64,000 bases of DNA from Monocercomonoides exilis PA203 (Eukaryota; Protista; Preaxostyla). Positions within the stretch are counted from its first letter, which is position 1, and the number at the start of each line of letters is the position of its first letter. The position numbers and the translations under genes were made by a program. The stretch covers positions 1,736,001 to 1,800,000 of the forward strand of contig LSRY02000004.1 in assembly GCA_001643675.2 (NCBI GenBank), read 5' to 3'. Under the pieces are notes generated by a model. It saw nothing but the letters and a program-made list of their open reading frames with translations, ran no database searches and was not told the origin of the DNA. Positions 28,413-43,100 of this stretch are shown here, piece after piece.

Positions 28413-29279
28413 GTTTTTCTGATTGTTGAAAATCTTCCACTTTTCTTATGGGTCCATCCAACCATATTTTTTTCTTCATTCTCATTTTCTTGAATGCCTT
28501 TTTTTTGAAGCATTCCCATCGCCCCCGGCTGGTGAGAATATCTCCCTCAAAACACAACATGAGCATCACAAAAACACAAGGAAAAAATAAATTCGATTGA
28601 CAAAAAATAAAATAAAAAATAATAGTTAATTAAAATAAAACAAGATAAAATTGTTTTTTTTTTAAAAAAAAAAAGAATAGAGCCTTTTCGAAAATTAACG
28701 TTTCCTCAAAAACGTATGATCCCCTTTGTGGCTGAAGCAAAGGAGGCGGCTCCATCAGAAAAATAAAATAAAAGTGCATGAGATGCATTCACAACCAGCT
28801 CACAACAAACAGAAAACACTCTGAATCAACGAAATCGAACATCAGTCTCGCAATCTTGCTTCTTCTCCATTTCATTTCATTTGCCCAAAATATGCATCTC
28901 CTTTTTCGTTGCAGCTCTCTCAAATGTGCTGATCAAGACGTTCAAACAATGTTGACAGAATCACAAATATATTCTCACAAGGAAAGAAAGTCGAAAAGCT
29001 GGAAAGGCAAACCAGTTGACCAAACAAAACAATCGCAGCTTGTCAGCTCATCAAGCATCGCTTGTCAAAGAAAAAAAATACAAAAGAAAAAATACAAAAG
29101 AAAAAGAAACAAAAGAAAAATTCTTTTTGTTGAGTCGGAGATTCAAAAAGAAATCAAACAATTTCTTTTCTTTTCTTTTTCTTTTCTTTTCTTTTCTTTT
29201 CTTTTTTTCCCTTTTGGCTCTTTCGTTTCACCAGCATCGCTGAATCCCCATCCAACCAATGCCCTTCAGCAGCTCCATC

Positions 29280-29560
29280 AAACAGAGTCTGAAATGTTGG
29301 AACGGCTGAAAACACTGAGCTTCTTCTTCTTCTTCTTCTTCCTCCTCCTCCTCGTATCATCATCATCATCATCATCATCAGCCAGAGCAAAAGCGTTGCC
29401 ATCAATGGAACTGATGCTGATTCCTGTGGCTGAGCACAACACATTCCATGTGCCTTCATCGAATATTCCCGCACTGGCTTCATTTCCTCCCTCAGCTCAA
29501 CACTTGCTCCTTCTCAAACACTCACCTTCTGTGCTTCCGATTCAAAAATCACCAGCAGCA
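29280..29560 (+). pseudogene. Decayed Cys-module fragment of the surface-protein family (mirrored at ~38970-39250)
   Basis: SQSKSVAINGTDADSCG*AQHIPCAFIEYSRTGFISSL with an in-frame TGA; homologous to 10140-10460. Confidence 0.6.
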
Positions 29561-30386
29561 ATCACCTTTTTCTGATTTCATTATCATTTCCTCATTTATT
29601 CTTTCTTTCAATTTTTCATCATTTTTTTTAATCATTGTATCATTTCTTGAGCTTTCATCGCCTTTTCATTTGAAGGACATGCCATCACTTCTTTTATTCA
29701 TAATCCTGATCATTCGCTCAGATAAATCATATTCCTTCAAAATTTCCTCATCTTATTTCCCTTCTTCATCGAATGAAAATAAACCTATTTTCTTTAAGAA
29801 ATTGCAGATTTCTTATTTTCAAAAAGATTTTCTTCAATCGTTTCATTCAGCTTTACAAAAAAATTACTCATCTTTTCTTTGCATTTTCTCTTTTATTTCT
29901 CCATTTTGTATTCATTTTGCACAGATATCTGAAAAATCTTGTTTCTTCATTTTGCTTCCAAGCTCTTTCCTTTTCCATTTCCAAAGCAAAAGTCTGTTGC
30001 TCTTTTTTGCACTGCCTTTGTTCTCCTCCAGCATTTGCAAATCCAATCAACCAAGGAAGAGACGAAGAAGAGGGAAAGGAAGAGGAGAAGAAAGAGGAGA
30101 AGGATGATATGAGAACAAATGAAAATGTGACAACAATCTTCTCTTTCCTCTCTATGCACACTCCACTCTGTTCTCCCAACGTGTTCAAAATAACTCATCA
30201 CCTCAGCCATATTCAGTGATTGGACACGAAATGAATCAATATTGGTTTTTTATCGGATATTTTGTAGATATGACAGCTGACTTTGCAATGTCTTCTACTA
30301 ATTAGAATTCGTTTGCTTCCACTAATGCGGTTTTGTTTTCATCTTGATTCACGCTATTCGCTGTGGATGTAAATTCAGAAGGTGTT

Positions 30387-30620
30387 GAAGAAGAAGAAGA
30401 AGAAGAAGGAGAAGAAGGAGAAGAAAAAGGAGAAGAAGAAGAGGAGGAGGAGGAGGAGGAGAAGAAAGAGGAGGAGGAGGAGGAGGAGGAGAAGGAGAAG
30501 AAAGAGGAGGAGGAGGAGGAGGAGGAGAAGGAGAAGAAAGAGGAGAAGGAAACTGGGTGGATGAATAGAAAGAAGATGAGTAAGGAGGAGGAGGAGGAGG
30601 AAGAGAAGAGGAAGAGGAAT
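30387..30620. repeat. GAA/GAG (poly-Glu-like) microsatellite at the inner left breakpoint
   Basis: Directly visible. Confidence 0.9.
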
Positions 30621-32188
30621 GAGTGAATGGAAGAGTGAAAAGTTTTGAATTTGGAACAATTGTCATTGGAACAGAATGAGTAAGAAACTGCACGGAAGAT
30701 GGATAATTTGGACTGGACAAATATGAAAACATCTTCTTTGCTAATTTTGATGGTAAATGGACTGAAGAACGTGAGTGGTTCTGCTCGGACATGTACTCTT
30801 ATTCGCGTTCCTGCTCATCTTTTTCGTGTTTTTGTTTCTCTGATTGAAGCAGCTTGTCTTTTATCAATTTTTCTAAGTCATTTATTTTTTCAAACTGAAG
30901 TCAAAAAAACCAGTGACGCAATACCAAAAGAGAAAGAAAAGGAAAAAGTGAAAGTGAAATTTTGAAATTATTATTTCAGAAATAGTTCGAGTAATTTTTA
31001 TTTTTTAAGGATTTCTTTCTTTCTTTCTTTCTTTTTCATTAATTTTGAAAAAAAAATAAAAGTGAATAAATGGTCCAAAAATTGGATAACACACTTTAAT
31101 TTGATCAAATATTTCAATTATCGTCTGTTCTGTCCTTTCACATTTGTTTTGACATCACTCGAATTGTTTTCGTCTTTGTCTCGAAATCCACGCAGATATT
31201 GGTAAACTAATTATTTTCACAAAAAATATAAATTGCATCTTCACAGACAAATACACTTAAGGCGGATTCACCATCAACGATAAATGTGTTGAAATGAATT
31301 CAAAATCCCGCATGTGTTTGGTTTCGCATATTGCATTAATCTTCCTTCGCCATCTCGAATTCTTTCATCTTCACTCAGCCTCGAAATCTTTTGCAATAGA
31401 ATCTTTTTCAATGCCCAATTGACAATGCAGCCCAATGTTGTCTTGATAAGGTCTCTTATGCGTTATTATCATGCACCTAATCATCAAAAAACTGCGAATT
31501 ATTGAAAGCTTGTTTCCCTCCATCAATCTTCCTTCAGCCTCAATAAGCAACTCAAGAAACGAACAAACAACAAAAATTTCCCGATAGCTTATAACTTCAC
31601 TCAAAATATTTAAAATTTAAACATTCACAAAAACCAGCAAACACTCTGAAATAACAGAAAAAATCATTTCTGACAAGGAAAGCTTCCAGATAACTCTATA
31701 TGTGAGTGCTAAAATTGAAATGCAAATGTTCAAATTAAAAATTGGAGGGACATCAAAGCACGCACACGATTTATTATAAACTGTTTCTTTTTTGCCTCTT
31801 CTTTGAAAAGTTCTTTAAAAAACAAAATTACCTCTTCTTTATTCCACTCAGAATAGATAAATGGACATTATTTTAATATTCAATGCAACACAAGCGGGAT
31901 ATTTTCCGATATGTTTAAAAATCCATTCGAAATTCAATCCAGATCCTTGGAATAAATTATTGTTATTCTGATCAGATAGAAATTGAACTCTTTTGTATTT
32001 AGCTAAATATAGCCTGTACCATTGGCTTCTATTAACACCTTTTTTCACACAGATTTTTACAAGGCAAAGGAATTGAGTTTGACCTTTATTTTTGTTTTGA
32101 TAACAATTATCAATAATGTTTGTTGTTTTTGTTATTTTGTTTTAAATATGATGTTTCGCGCTAATTGAACTTTCTTACAACAAACAGA

Positions 32189-33623
32189 ATGGAAATGCAC
32201 AACAAATATAAATCCAATAATGATGTTCAGGAGCTTTCCCTTGCAGAGAAATTTTCAAGTTTGCATAAATTGCGTATTTTCAGAGATCTCATATTTTATG
32301 ATTTTTGATGATTGAGGAAGAATTGCTTGATCAGTTGGATCATTGCAACGAAACAGAACAGAAGCAGAAAATCCCTGAAATGAATGAAATAATTGATGGA
32401 ATGAATAATGAAGAACTCAAATCCATTTTCACCGAAGAAAGATTCGACAAAATATACAAAATGATTGAAGAAAAGAAAATGACAATGGAAAATGTAATTT
32501 TGCTGCTGAAGCATGCTGGAAATTGCAATGTGCTAAAAAATGTTTGGAATCGATGTTTTGAAAGATCTTCACTGAGAGGAAGATTGATGAAGATGATTAT
32601 TGAAGAAGATAAGAAAAATGAAGAAAAGAACGAAAAGCTTCTTGTTGACCTTTGCGAATGCTATATTTTACCAAGCTGCAGCTTCTCATCTGGATTACTT
32701 TCAATTTGCGTGCCTTGCCTTCTGAAAGCTGCATTGAAGAAAGAAGAAGATGAGGAAACACAAAAAGAAGTGGAAATAGCTTTGCTGGCGCTGAGCAACC
32801 TTAGCAAATATGTTGTTTGAACATTTCTATTTCCGTTTTGAAGCTATTGATTTTTTTCGATTTTTATTAGAAAGTTCCAAAAGAACTTTTCCTTGATGAA
32901 ATCAAGGAGATCATCGAATATCATCAGGAACATCACAATCTGACACAACTTGCCTATCAATCAGCTTGGCAGTTTTTGATAAAAAGATTTATCAGAAACA
33001 AAAGCTATGAAGACATAGTGAATGAACTGCATTTCGCAAGAGAAGCATCAAGAGAATTGGAAGAGTTGTCGAAATGTGTGGATTGGAAGAGAAAAGAAGT
33101 AAATGGAAGAATAGAATTGATAATAATCAGGAGATGGCTCAATAATACTGCTTATTACCTTCAATTATTCAGATTGTGGAACGAGGAATTGGTCGGACTT
33201 ATCGGCAGCATTGTTCAGGTGTTTCGCGCATCAAGGTGCAGATATGAAGAAATTCGGAGATGGTGCATTTATTCCTTGAGAAATGCAACAGAAAATAGAT
33301 TTATGAAAGTTGAAGACCTTTTGAAAAGTGGTGCTATTGATGCTATTTTGGAGGAGATGCAGCGGCGAACAGTGGATGATGGAAAGTTATTTGATTGCTT
33401 GTTTTTCTTTTTGGAAATTTCAAATCGTTTTAAAGAAGAAACTTATAATGAAATGGTAAAAGTTCAAAGAAAAGAATTGAAAAAAAAGATATTTGAAAGG
33501 ATGGAAGAAGAAGGATTCGAAGATTACATTGAGAGTTTTCACAAATTATTTGATTTTTTTGACAGAAAGTATGGTTTTCCTACCTTTTCGTTGAATGCTT
33601 CTGATTATTTTGTGAATGTTTGA
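32189..33623 (+). CDS. Hypothetical helical (ARM/HEAT-like) protein, probably of a lineage-expanded family; 3 exons (32189-32258, 32321-32814, 32871-33623)
   Basis: Two GT-AG introns (62 and 56 nt) join the ORFs in frame: ...EKFSKLLDQLDHC..., ...LSKYVKVPKELFLDEIKEIIEYHQEHHNLTQLAYQSAWQFL... Confidence 0.8.
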
Positions 33624-36600
33624 ACAAATTCATTTCAATAATAATTGAAACTCCAAAATTGTGTTCTCTTTTCTTTTTTATTCATTTCACAAAATGGGGA
33701 AAAAATAATTTGATAAATTTGAATATAGTTTTTATTTCCTTTATCAAAAAAATAAAATTAAATTAATTAAAATAAAATTTAATAAAATAAAATAAAATAA
33801 AATAAAATAAATAGAATATATTTTCAATTAGTTCCATGCAGAACCTTCGTTGAATGGATCATTGCCATCAATCTTCTTCAACACGATTCGCTTTATTATC
33901 AGGTATTCAATTGTTCAGTTATTGCCTCTTGAAGCTTCTGGATAACTCTGATTTTTCTCTTTCTCATCGCATTCTCGATGAATTCGAGAAGGAAAAGGAA
34001 AAGAATGAAATGAAAATTCTTAAGAAGAATGCAAAGGCATTTCAGGAGAAATGTTTGTTGAAGAATGCAGTTGTCAACTTTATGAGTTCCATACACAACA
34101 GCAAGAATGGTGGAAATGAAGCTAATCCAATGCCCTAATTCAGAATGTGAATGACAGAACAAAGTTATTCACGATTAATTGCTCTTCGCATTCTTTTCAT
34201 TTTTTGTTCAGTTTTTCATATCTCTTTGTTCTTTTCTTCCCCATTGCCTTCCTTCGCTTTTCTCTTCATTCCTTTTATCTCTTCTTCTTGAATTATTACA
34301 CTTGTCTCATTCATTTCGTCTCAAAATGCAATTCTTCATAATTTCACTCAAATTCCATTTCTTTCTCTTCCTTTTTCTTTCATCATTCTGTTTTCTTCTG
34401 CTTTTTCCAATTGATGGAGAAAGAGAAGACACCTCACTCACATTCTTTTCTCACTATCTCATCCAAAAGTTCTGCTCCAATTGCATTTCCTTTTCAGCTG
34501 CTTTGTTTCCACATAAATAAATATTTCTTCATTCATCAATCATTTTCTATCCTTATTCTGTTTCCTTGACTGATCTCCCTCAATCTCCACTCAAAATTAT
34601 TCTTTTCCTTTCTCTCTTTTTTTCCTCTCCATTTTTCTTCAATTCATGAAATGTTCCAAAAATCTATTCTCCCAAACCCCCTTTTTTCTCAAGCCCAATA
34701 CAAAAGCAATGTATTCATGAAAATATAAAACCTATCATTTTGGGTTGTTGAGAACGAATTGAAAAGACTAAGCGAATGAATTCACAGCTTTAATGCAAAT
34801 GATTGATGTGTTCGATGGAAAAGTCTTCCTTTGCCTTTCCTATTCGTTCTCCAATATTTTTGTTTTCATAAACATTCAAAATGAAGAAGATAAAGAAGAT
34901 GATGAAATTCTGTTTAACATTCTCATGCCTTTTTTGATGATGATTATTGAAGAACAAGAAGAACGAAGAAATATCAGATGTTGAGCGTTTCATGTTTGTT
35001 GATGGCTATTCAAGAAGAATTTGAAACAAAATGTGTTTTTGGAAAATGGTGAGGAAGAAGATGAAAATACACCAGGAATAAAATTCCTCTCTCTGTCGGA
35101 GTCGCGTGTAGTGAAGTTGAGCCAAATGAGAAGAAGTCAGCAGTATTTCTAGCAGAATATTCGGAAAAGCGAATCATCAAAATTAACAGCGCTATCAGTA
35201 AATACATTTTGTGTGTTGAATGAAACAAGTTATTGACCATTGAAACATTTCTGCTGCAACTAGTGTGCTATCAAATGAAATGATGTAGATGCAGATAAAT
35301 CTTCAATTGACGAATTTTCACAACATTTTCCTGTCACCTCATCTGAACATTCAGCTATGAGTCACTTTTTTCATTTTTTGATTTCTCAACCGATTTGATA
35401 TGGGTTCGCAAACAAAAAATGAAAAGTCTTCTTAAAAATGTTGTCATTCACCATCCAAATTGAAGTTTTAAGAAATGGTGCATATTTGTTGCTGTTGTGT
35501 TTTAGTCTATTTCTTCTCTTTTCAAATCCAACTTTCAACTAAAATTTCAAATATAATCATCCTCTTTCTTTCAACTGAAATCTCTTCCATCTTCTCAATT
35601 TCATATCCTTTCCGTATCCTATCTCAAAGAAAGCTCTGCATTCTCATTCTCATTCTCTTTTGCATCTTCTTTCATTCTTCTTCCTCTCTTTCTTATTTCA
35701 GAATATTTCCTTTATCAAAAAATGTCATCATTTTCTTCATTTCTCTCATAAGCTCTGACACTTGTGCTAAATATGAAGAAATTCAATCAGTTGAAGTGGA
35801 TGAAGAAATGAAAGAAGAAGTTGTATGAAATGTTGTTGATATGTTTGAAGAAGAGGAAGAAGATGAATAGATTGAATAAGACGATTAATTGTTGATAATT
35901 GAGAAGATGAGAGCCAATAAATATCAACGGAGAAATTCATTGAAATTCTCTTCTTCAGGATTTTGTCTTTTTCTGGCAAATAATATCCTTTGAAATTCAT
36001 AACAATTTCAATTTGATTCTTTCTCTCTCTCCAACCAAAAAAATGAAATATTGAGCGATCCCTTTTTCATTCCATCTCTTCCTTTTTCGCTTCCCTTATT
36101 TCACAAAAAATCATCTTTCCTCAAAAATAATTCTTCTCCAAAGCCCAACGCCAGGCATCTTCGTAACATATCATATTTCATCTATTTGTCTTTATTTTTC
36201 CTTCCGATCTTTTCTTTTTATTCTTCAAAGTCATCTTATCCCTTATTCTTTCAGCATTCTTAAAACAAAATAATAATCACTTCGAAAAAATAACAATATC
36301 AAACCTTCTAAACATTTTTTTAAGCAATTTTCTATATTTTATTCCATTGGCAACTGTTTTTTTTAATTCAATTTGATTATTTCTTCCTTTTTCAAGGGTT
36401 TCATCGTCTGATTCGCCAACCATCCTTTCCATCAGTTGTTTCTCCATCAAATGCATCGATTTCCCTTCCTTCTGAAAAATGTGAGATTTATGCATTCAGC
36501 TCAAATTCCACTTTCATCATTGAAAAATATCCTGCTTTTCATCTGAAAATATCATCTCCAATTCCCTTCCCAATCCCTTCACTCTGGACACTTTTCGTAT

Positions 36601-37974
36601 GAATTCGCTCTCCCAACTCGATGGTCAGCCTGCACAATGAGATATCCCGCTTTCAATCATTTTCATTCTTTTTGACCAGCTGCCCCTAAAACAACACAAA
36701 AAAACATCAACAGGTTAATATTCATATAAATAAAATAAATAAAGAACAAACTGCTCATCGACTGTTTTTTGCCAAACAGCCTCATTTCCACAGCCATCAT
36801 CATTCAAAAAATCAATCTCTTCATTTCAGCTTTGGAATGGTTGAATACAGCATGGAATGCATCTCCACAAAATATATCGTGTATCTCACTGGAGCGTCAT
36901 CTCAGCCCGCACACATTGTGGTGGATGTGCAGAGGTGTTTTTTCTGTTTTTGGCATGATCATCTCCTTTAATAATATTCTCAATGATACAAATCAATATT
37001 TGAGGTTTATCTCATCAACACCTGGCACAGGAGGGATATGGGGCAGAGAAGAGATGAAAGAATATTTTTTGTGGCAGGGGGTGGGAGTTGAGTGTTTTTT
37101 TGGAATGTTAATATTTCGAGAGGGGTTTTTGAATGGAAGAAATTCTGAGACAAAGGGATGGGGAAGGAAAAGGCGGAGATTTTGAGAAGATAATATAGTA
37201 AATACATAGAGAAGTTGCTGAGGATGATGAAGAAGGTGTTTATTGTTGATGAGAGAAATGGATTTGAAGAGAAAGAAAAGAGGGCAAAAGCGGGAAGGAA
37301 GAAGAATATTCTGAAGTGTTCAAATGGATGAGAGGTATTTTTTATGAGAGGAGAAGAATATTTTATGGAAGAAACAGGGAAAGATGAAGAAAAGGAGGGG
37401 ATTGATATTTTCTGATGATTTTGGGGGTTGAATGGAAGAGGAAAAATAGAAAGGAAAAGAAATTGAGAGAGATTTTCATTTTTTGTTTCTAAGTGAATGG
37501 CAGTACAATTGCAAAAAGAAAGTGAGTTGACTTTGGAAAAATACATCAAGAGTGATTTCCATAATCTGTTCGTCACAGATATTGTGATTGAGTTTTTTTT
37601 AACCAATCTGAAGTTTATGCATCAAATGAGATGTTTTGGTCAATCAACGACTTCACGCAAAGATCCCTCGTCATCTTCTTCAGAAATGTTAGTTGACTGA
37701 TTGCGCATTTCTCTGTCACCACAAATATTCCCATTTTTTTTCACTTGAACTTCTTCACCTTCTCCTTCTCCATCTTCTTCTTCTTCTGATAATCCCCCTT
37801 CATTCAATAAATCATCTTCCTCATTTTTCTATTTGCAAACACAAAATTCGCCTTCTCACAATTCACTTGCTTATTCAGCGAGAAGCACGCCTGTTACGAA
37901 TCGCAAAGCCAAAAACACACAAAGACTTCTTCAGTCAAATATTGCTTCTTCTTCTTCTTTGACTTCAACCTCTT

Positions 37975-38145
37975 TCTCTTCTTCTTCGTCTTTCGTCTTC
38001 GTCTTCGTCTTCTTCGTCTTCTTCGTCTTCGTCTTCTTCGTCTTCTTCGTCTACTTCTTTTTTTTCTTTTTCTTTTTCTTCTTCTTCGTCTTCTTCTTCT
38101 TCTTCTTCTCCTCCTTCTTCTCCTTCTTCTTCTTCTTCTTCTTCA
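37975..38145. repeat. TTC/GTC microsatellite at the inner right breakpoint
   Basis: Directly visible. Confidence 0.9.
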
Positions 38146-40121
38146 ACACCTTCTGAATTTACATCCACAGCGAATAGCGTGAATCAAGATGAAAACAAAA
38201 CCGCATTAGTGGAAGCAAACGAATTCTAATTAGTAGAAGACATTGCAAAGTCAGCTGTCATATCTACAAAATATCCGATAAAAAACCAATATTGATTCAT
38301 TTCGTGTCCAATCACTGAATATGGCTGAGGTGATGAGTTATTTTGAACACGTTGGGAGAACAGAGTGGAGTGTGCATAGAGAGGAAAGAGAAGATTGTTG
38401 TCACATTTTCATTTGTTCTCATATCATCCTTCTCCTCTTTCTTCTCCTCTTCCTTTCCCTCTTCTTCGTCTCTTCCTTGGTTGATTGGATTTGCAAATGC
38501 TGGAGGAGAACAAAGGCAGTGCAAAAAAGAGCAACAGACTTTTGCTTTGGAAATGGAAAAGGAAAGAGCTTGGAAGCAAAATGAAGAAACAAGATTTTTC
38601 AGATATCTGTGCAAAATGAATACAAAATGGAGAAATAAAAGAGAAAATGCAAAGAAAAGATGAGTAATTTTTTTGTAAAGCTGAATGAAACGATTGAAGA
38701 AAATCTTTTTGAAAATAAGAAATCTGCAATTTCTTAAAGAAAATAGGTTTATTTTCATTCGATGAAGAAGGGAAATAAGATGAGGAAATTTTGAAGGAAT
38801 ATGATTTATCTGAGCGAATGATCAGGATTATGAATAAAAGAAGTGATGGCATGTCCTTCAAATGAAAAGGCGATGAAAGCTCAAGAAATGATACAATGAT
38901 TAAAAAAAATGATGAAAAATTGAAAGAAAGAATAAATGAGGAAATGATAATGAAATCAGAAAAAGGTGATTGCTGCTGGTGATTTTTGAATCGGAAGCAC
39001 AGAAGGTGAGTGTTTGAGAAGGAGCAAGTGTTGAGCTGAGGGAGGAAATGAAGCCAGTGCGGGAATATTCGATGAAGGCACATGGAATGTGTTGTGCTCA
39101 GCCACAGGAATCAGCATCAGTTCCATTGATGGCAACGCTTTTGCTCTGGCTGATGATGATGATGATGATGATGATACGAGGAGGAGGAGGAAGAAGAAGA
39201 AGAAGAAGAAGCTCAGTGTTTTCAGCCGTTCCAACATTTCAGACTCTGTTTGATGGAGCTGCTGAAGGGCATTGGTTGGATGGGGATTCAGCGATGCTGG
39301 TGAAACGAAAGAGCCAAAAGGGAAAAAAAGAAAAGAAAAGAAAAGAAAAGAAAAAGAAAAGAAAAGAAATTGTTTGATTTCTTTTTGAATCTCCGACTCA
39401 ACAAAAAGAATTTTTCTTTTGTTTCTTTTTCTTTTTGTATTTTTTCTTTTTGTATTTTTTTTTCTTTGACAAGCGATGCTTGATGAGCTGACAAGCTGCG
39501 ATTGTTTTGTTTGGTCAACTGGTTTGCCTTTCCAGCTTTTCGACTTTCTTTCCTTGTGAGAATATATTTGTGATTCTGTCAACATTGTTTGAACGTCTTG
39601 ATCAGCACATTTGAGAGAGCTGCAACGAAAAAGGAGATGCATATTTTGGGCAAATGAAATGAAATGGAGAAGAAGCAAGATTGCGAGACTGATGTTCGAT
39701 TTCGTTGATTCAGAGTGTTTTCTGTTTGTTGTGAGCTGGTTGTGAATGCATCTCATGCACTTTTATTTTATTTTTCTGATGGAGCCGCCTCCTTTGCTTC
39801 AGCCACAAAGGGGATCATACGTTTTTGAGGAAACGTTAATTTTCGAAAAGGCTCTATTCTTTTTTTTTTTAAAAAAAAAACAATTTTATCTTGTTTTATT
39901 TTAATTAACTATTATTTTTTATTTTATTTTTTGTCAATCGAATTTATTTTTTCCTTGTGTTTTTGTGATGCTCATGTTGTGTTTTGAGGGAGATATTCTC
40001 ACCAGCCGGGGGCGATGGGAATGCTTCAAAAAAAAGGCATTCAAGAAAATGAGAATGAAGAAAAAAATATGGTTGGATGGACCCATAAGAAAAGTGGAAG
40101 ATTTTCAACAATCAGAAAAAC

Positions 40122-43100
40122 ATGCATGCTGGTGTGAGTCGAAGCATTCTGGTGATAGCAGTTGCTGGGGTTGTGTGCAGCATGGAGTGGAGCGGTTTGC
40201 GGGAGGGTGCAGGAGTTGATTTGAAGGAAGGAAACGAGGGGAGAAGAAATGAAAACAACATTCCTGCACCACCATTTCCGGAGGAGACAAACGGGCACTG
40301 GGCTGGATTTGGAATAAACAAATATTCGGTGCGGGGTGGTGATGCTGGAATGGGTGGTGGCGAAGGATTTGTGGAAAGGGGAGTATTTTGGAGAAAACAG
40401 ATTGAAAACGGTTTTGGCAGAATGACTGGAGGAAGGGATGAAGGGGGAAATGGGGAACGCCATGACGGGTCATTGCGAAACGGGCAGGGAACGAGAAAAC
40501 AGGGCTCGGCGGAGGAGCGGAGTGCTGTCGAAGGGCAGATGATTGTGAAGAACTCCTCAGTGACTTTGAGAAGGCTGGTGCTGATCTCTGATGGAAGTGA
40601 AAATGTGATATTTGCGAGAGACGAAAGCAGTGTTGCGCTTGTTGGGTGCACGTTTTGTCAGAAGGCCGATGCCTCCGCGATAGTGCTGAGCGGAAGCTGT
40701 GCTTCATTGGCAAACATTTCGCAAAGTGCCTCGAATTCACATTCATGCCGAGCTGCACGACTTTTTTCGTCGGAACAAGCCGGGGGTTCTTCAACGAAAT
40801 TTTGCTGGGTTTCAGTCTGCTCTTCGCAGTTTTCTTCGTTCGAGGCATCTGCGCCTCCATTTCTTTCTTCGCGGTTTGTTGAAAGCGTCTCGCTCTCAGA
40901 TCTGCGTTTCTCCAACATTTCGACAAATCCGGCACGCAAACTGCCTCGATCTGGATGTGAATGTGAATGTGGATGTGGAGGTGGGTGTGGATGCACCACT
41001 CTGATGAGGGACTGCTTGTTTTCATCGGTGTGTGATGTGTATGATGGCGGGATTGTCCCCTCCCTCAACAACCCCATGGCCTCTTTGACTGCCTCGAACA
41101 CCTCGTTTGTCGGGTGCTGCCGGACACGAAATGTCGAATTCATTGGAAGCGAAGATGATAAGAAACATCCAGGGCGACAAAACGAGACAACTGATGGACA
41201 GAACACATTCACCTGGTGCGAATGGAATGGGTCAAAAACAGTTGGAGGAAATGAATCATTTGATGATGGAAAATCATGTGGAGGGGCAATATGCATGTTT
41301 AATTTGGTGAATGTTGATCTTTCTGTAACATATTGCGTGTTTAATGATTGTGTTGCATTCAGTCGTGGCGGAGGGATCATGTGTTATTTGATCAAATCTT
41401 TGCAAATGGAAAATAATATATTTAATGCTTGTGTCTCGAAAAATCACTATGGAGGAGGAGGCGTGTTTGTTGGTGGGATAAGATTGTGTACCTGGATAAG
41501 CAGATGTGAGTTCATGGAGTGTAAAGCTCAATTCGACGGAGCAGGATTGAGATTAGATAACTTTAGTTATTCTGGATCAGAATGCATCGGAACAGAAAAT
41601 GAAGAAGGAGAGAACTCGTATCTGTTTCAATGTAATTTCACTTTGTGCTATCTTGCATCAACTTGGAGTGGAGGGCTGTATTGTCGAAATGTTCCTGTTG
41701 CATTCAAAATGAGGAGCATTCGTTTTATATCATGCTCCGCATCTTCAAATGGAGGTGGATTGTTTTTCTATCCAAATCAAACAACAATTCCTTCTGATGG
41801 AATTTTTTGTTTTTTTCTCTTCTTCCATGGATGCAAATGCCGAACCACTTCAACTCCATATGGTCATGATGCAATTATTTATGAAGAATCATCCTTTTTT
41901 CTGAATGGAAATCCATTCTATGAATGTTACACAACCAACACTGATAATCAGAGAGTGTGCTATTCATATAATTATGATGGTTCAGGATCTGGTTCATTTC
42001 AACACACAGAAAAGAAGGAGTGGCTGAAGACAGGTGTTCTTTATCGTTATGTTGCTGCTGATGGAGGTATAGAAGACAAGCTGTGCGGAATAAATGAAAC
42101 GAATGCGTGCAGAACCGTTGGCGTTGCTGTTGGTTTCAGCACGGCACAGACAAGCTTGGTGGTCACACTCATGGAAGGAAATCACAGAAAGGAAGTCACA
42201 TCAATAGACATAGGGACAAAGAAGATTTCGGTCATTGGGAAAGGAAAAGAGAAGAGTTCGATTGGAACTGAGGCACTTTCATCAACAGAAGCGCTGTTCG
42301 GCGTGACAACGGGCCATCTGAGAATGAGCCATTTGAAGGTTGATTGCAACTCAAATGCAAATCCTTCGCCGAGTGTGGTTGTGGTATCTGATGGGAGTGG
42401 GTCACTCTCATTGGAGGATGTTGTGATCACCACGAGTGTTTCTTCAGGAGACTATGTGATGTCGTCGTCAGTGTTTGTGGTGCCGCTGTCGCAACTGTCG
42501 ATGGCTGATGTGGAGATAAAAAACATGAAAGTGAGCCGGCCTGTGTTTGCAGAGCCGTTGTCTGGCGGATCGGCATTGGGAGAGAGGGTGCTGGGGAATG
42601 TGACGATTCGGAATGTGAGTCGGACAGGAGGAAATGGGGTTGTGCTGGAAAAGACTGTTGATGATGGGGAGACATTTGTTGTGAGCAGTGTGATGATCGA
42701 GGAGTGTGTGTGTGAGGAAGGGAATGGGGGAGGGATCTATGTTTGCTTGAAAGACAGTGGGAAAGTGGCTGTGAATGGGAGCTGTGTGATTGATGGGTGC
42801 GAGGCGAAGGGTTCAGGGGAGAGTTCAGAAGGGAGAAGTGAAGGGAGAGGGGGAGGAATAATGATTGTGATAGAGAGCAGAGATGGTTCGTTGAAAATTG
42901 AATCAGGAGTGGAGTTTTCAGTGGAAACAGCAAATCGAGCAAAATATGGGAAGGATGTGTTTGCGAGCTGTGGGAGTGGAGTGTTGTTGGAGACAAAAAT
43001 TGATGCAACTTCATTTGGGTTTTTTGAGTCAAGTGAAATTCCATCAGATGTGTTGAAGCTGAGTGGGAGTGAGGATGGGAAAGAAGATGAAGTGATTCCA

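Larger units (their letters stand above)
17230..30420. repeat. Left arm (~13.2 kb) of a giant inverted duplication
   Basis: Reverse complement of 38111-51302; mirrored ORFs throughout (coordinate sums ~68531-68536). Confidence 0.97.

Noticed and set aside
33830-37960. Short ORFs in the right part of the spacer
   Set aside because: Coding-like but heavily decayed; no supportable gene model or family
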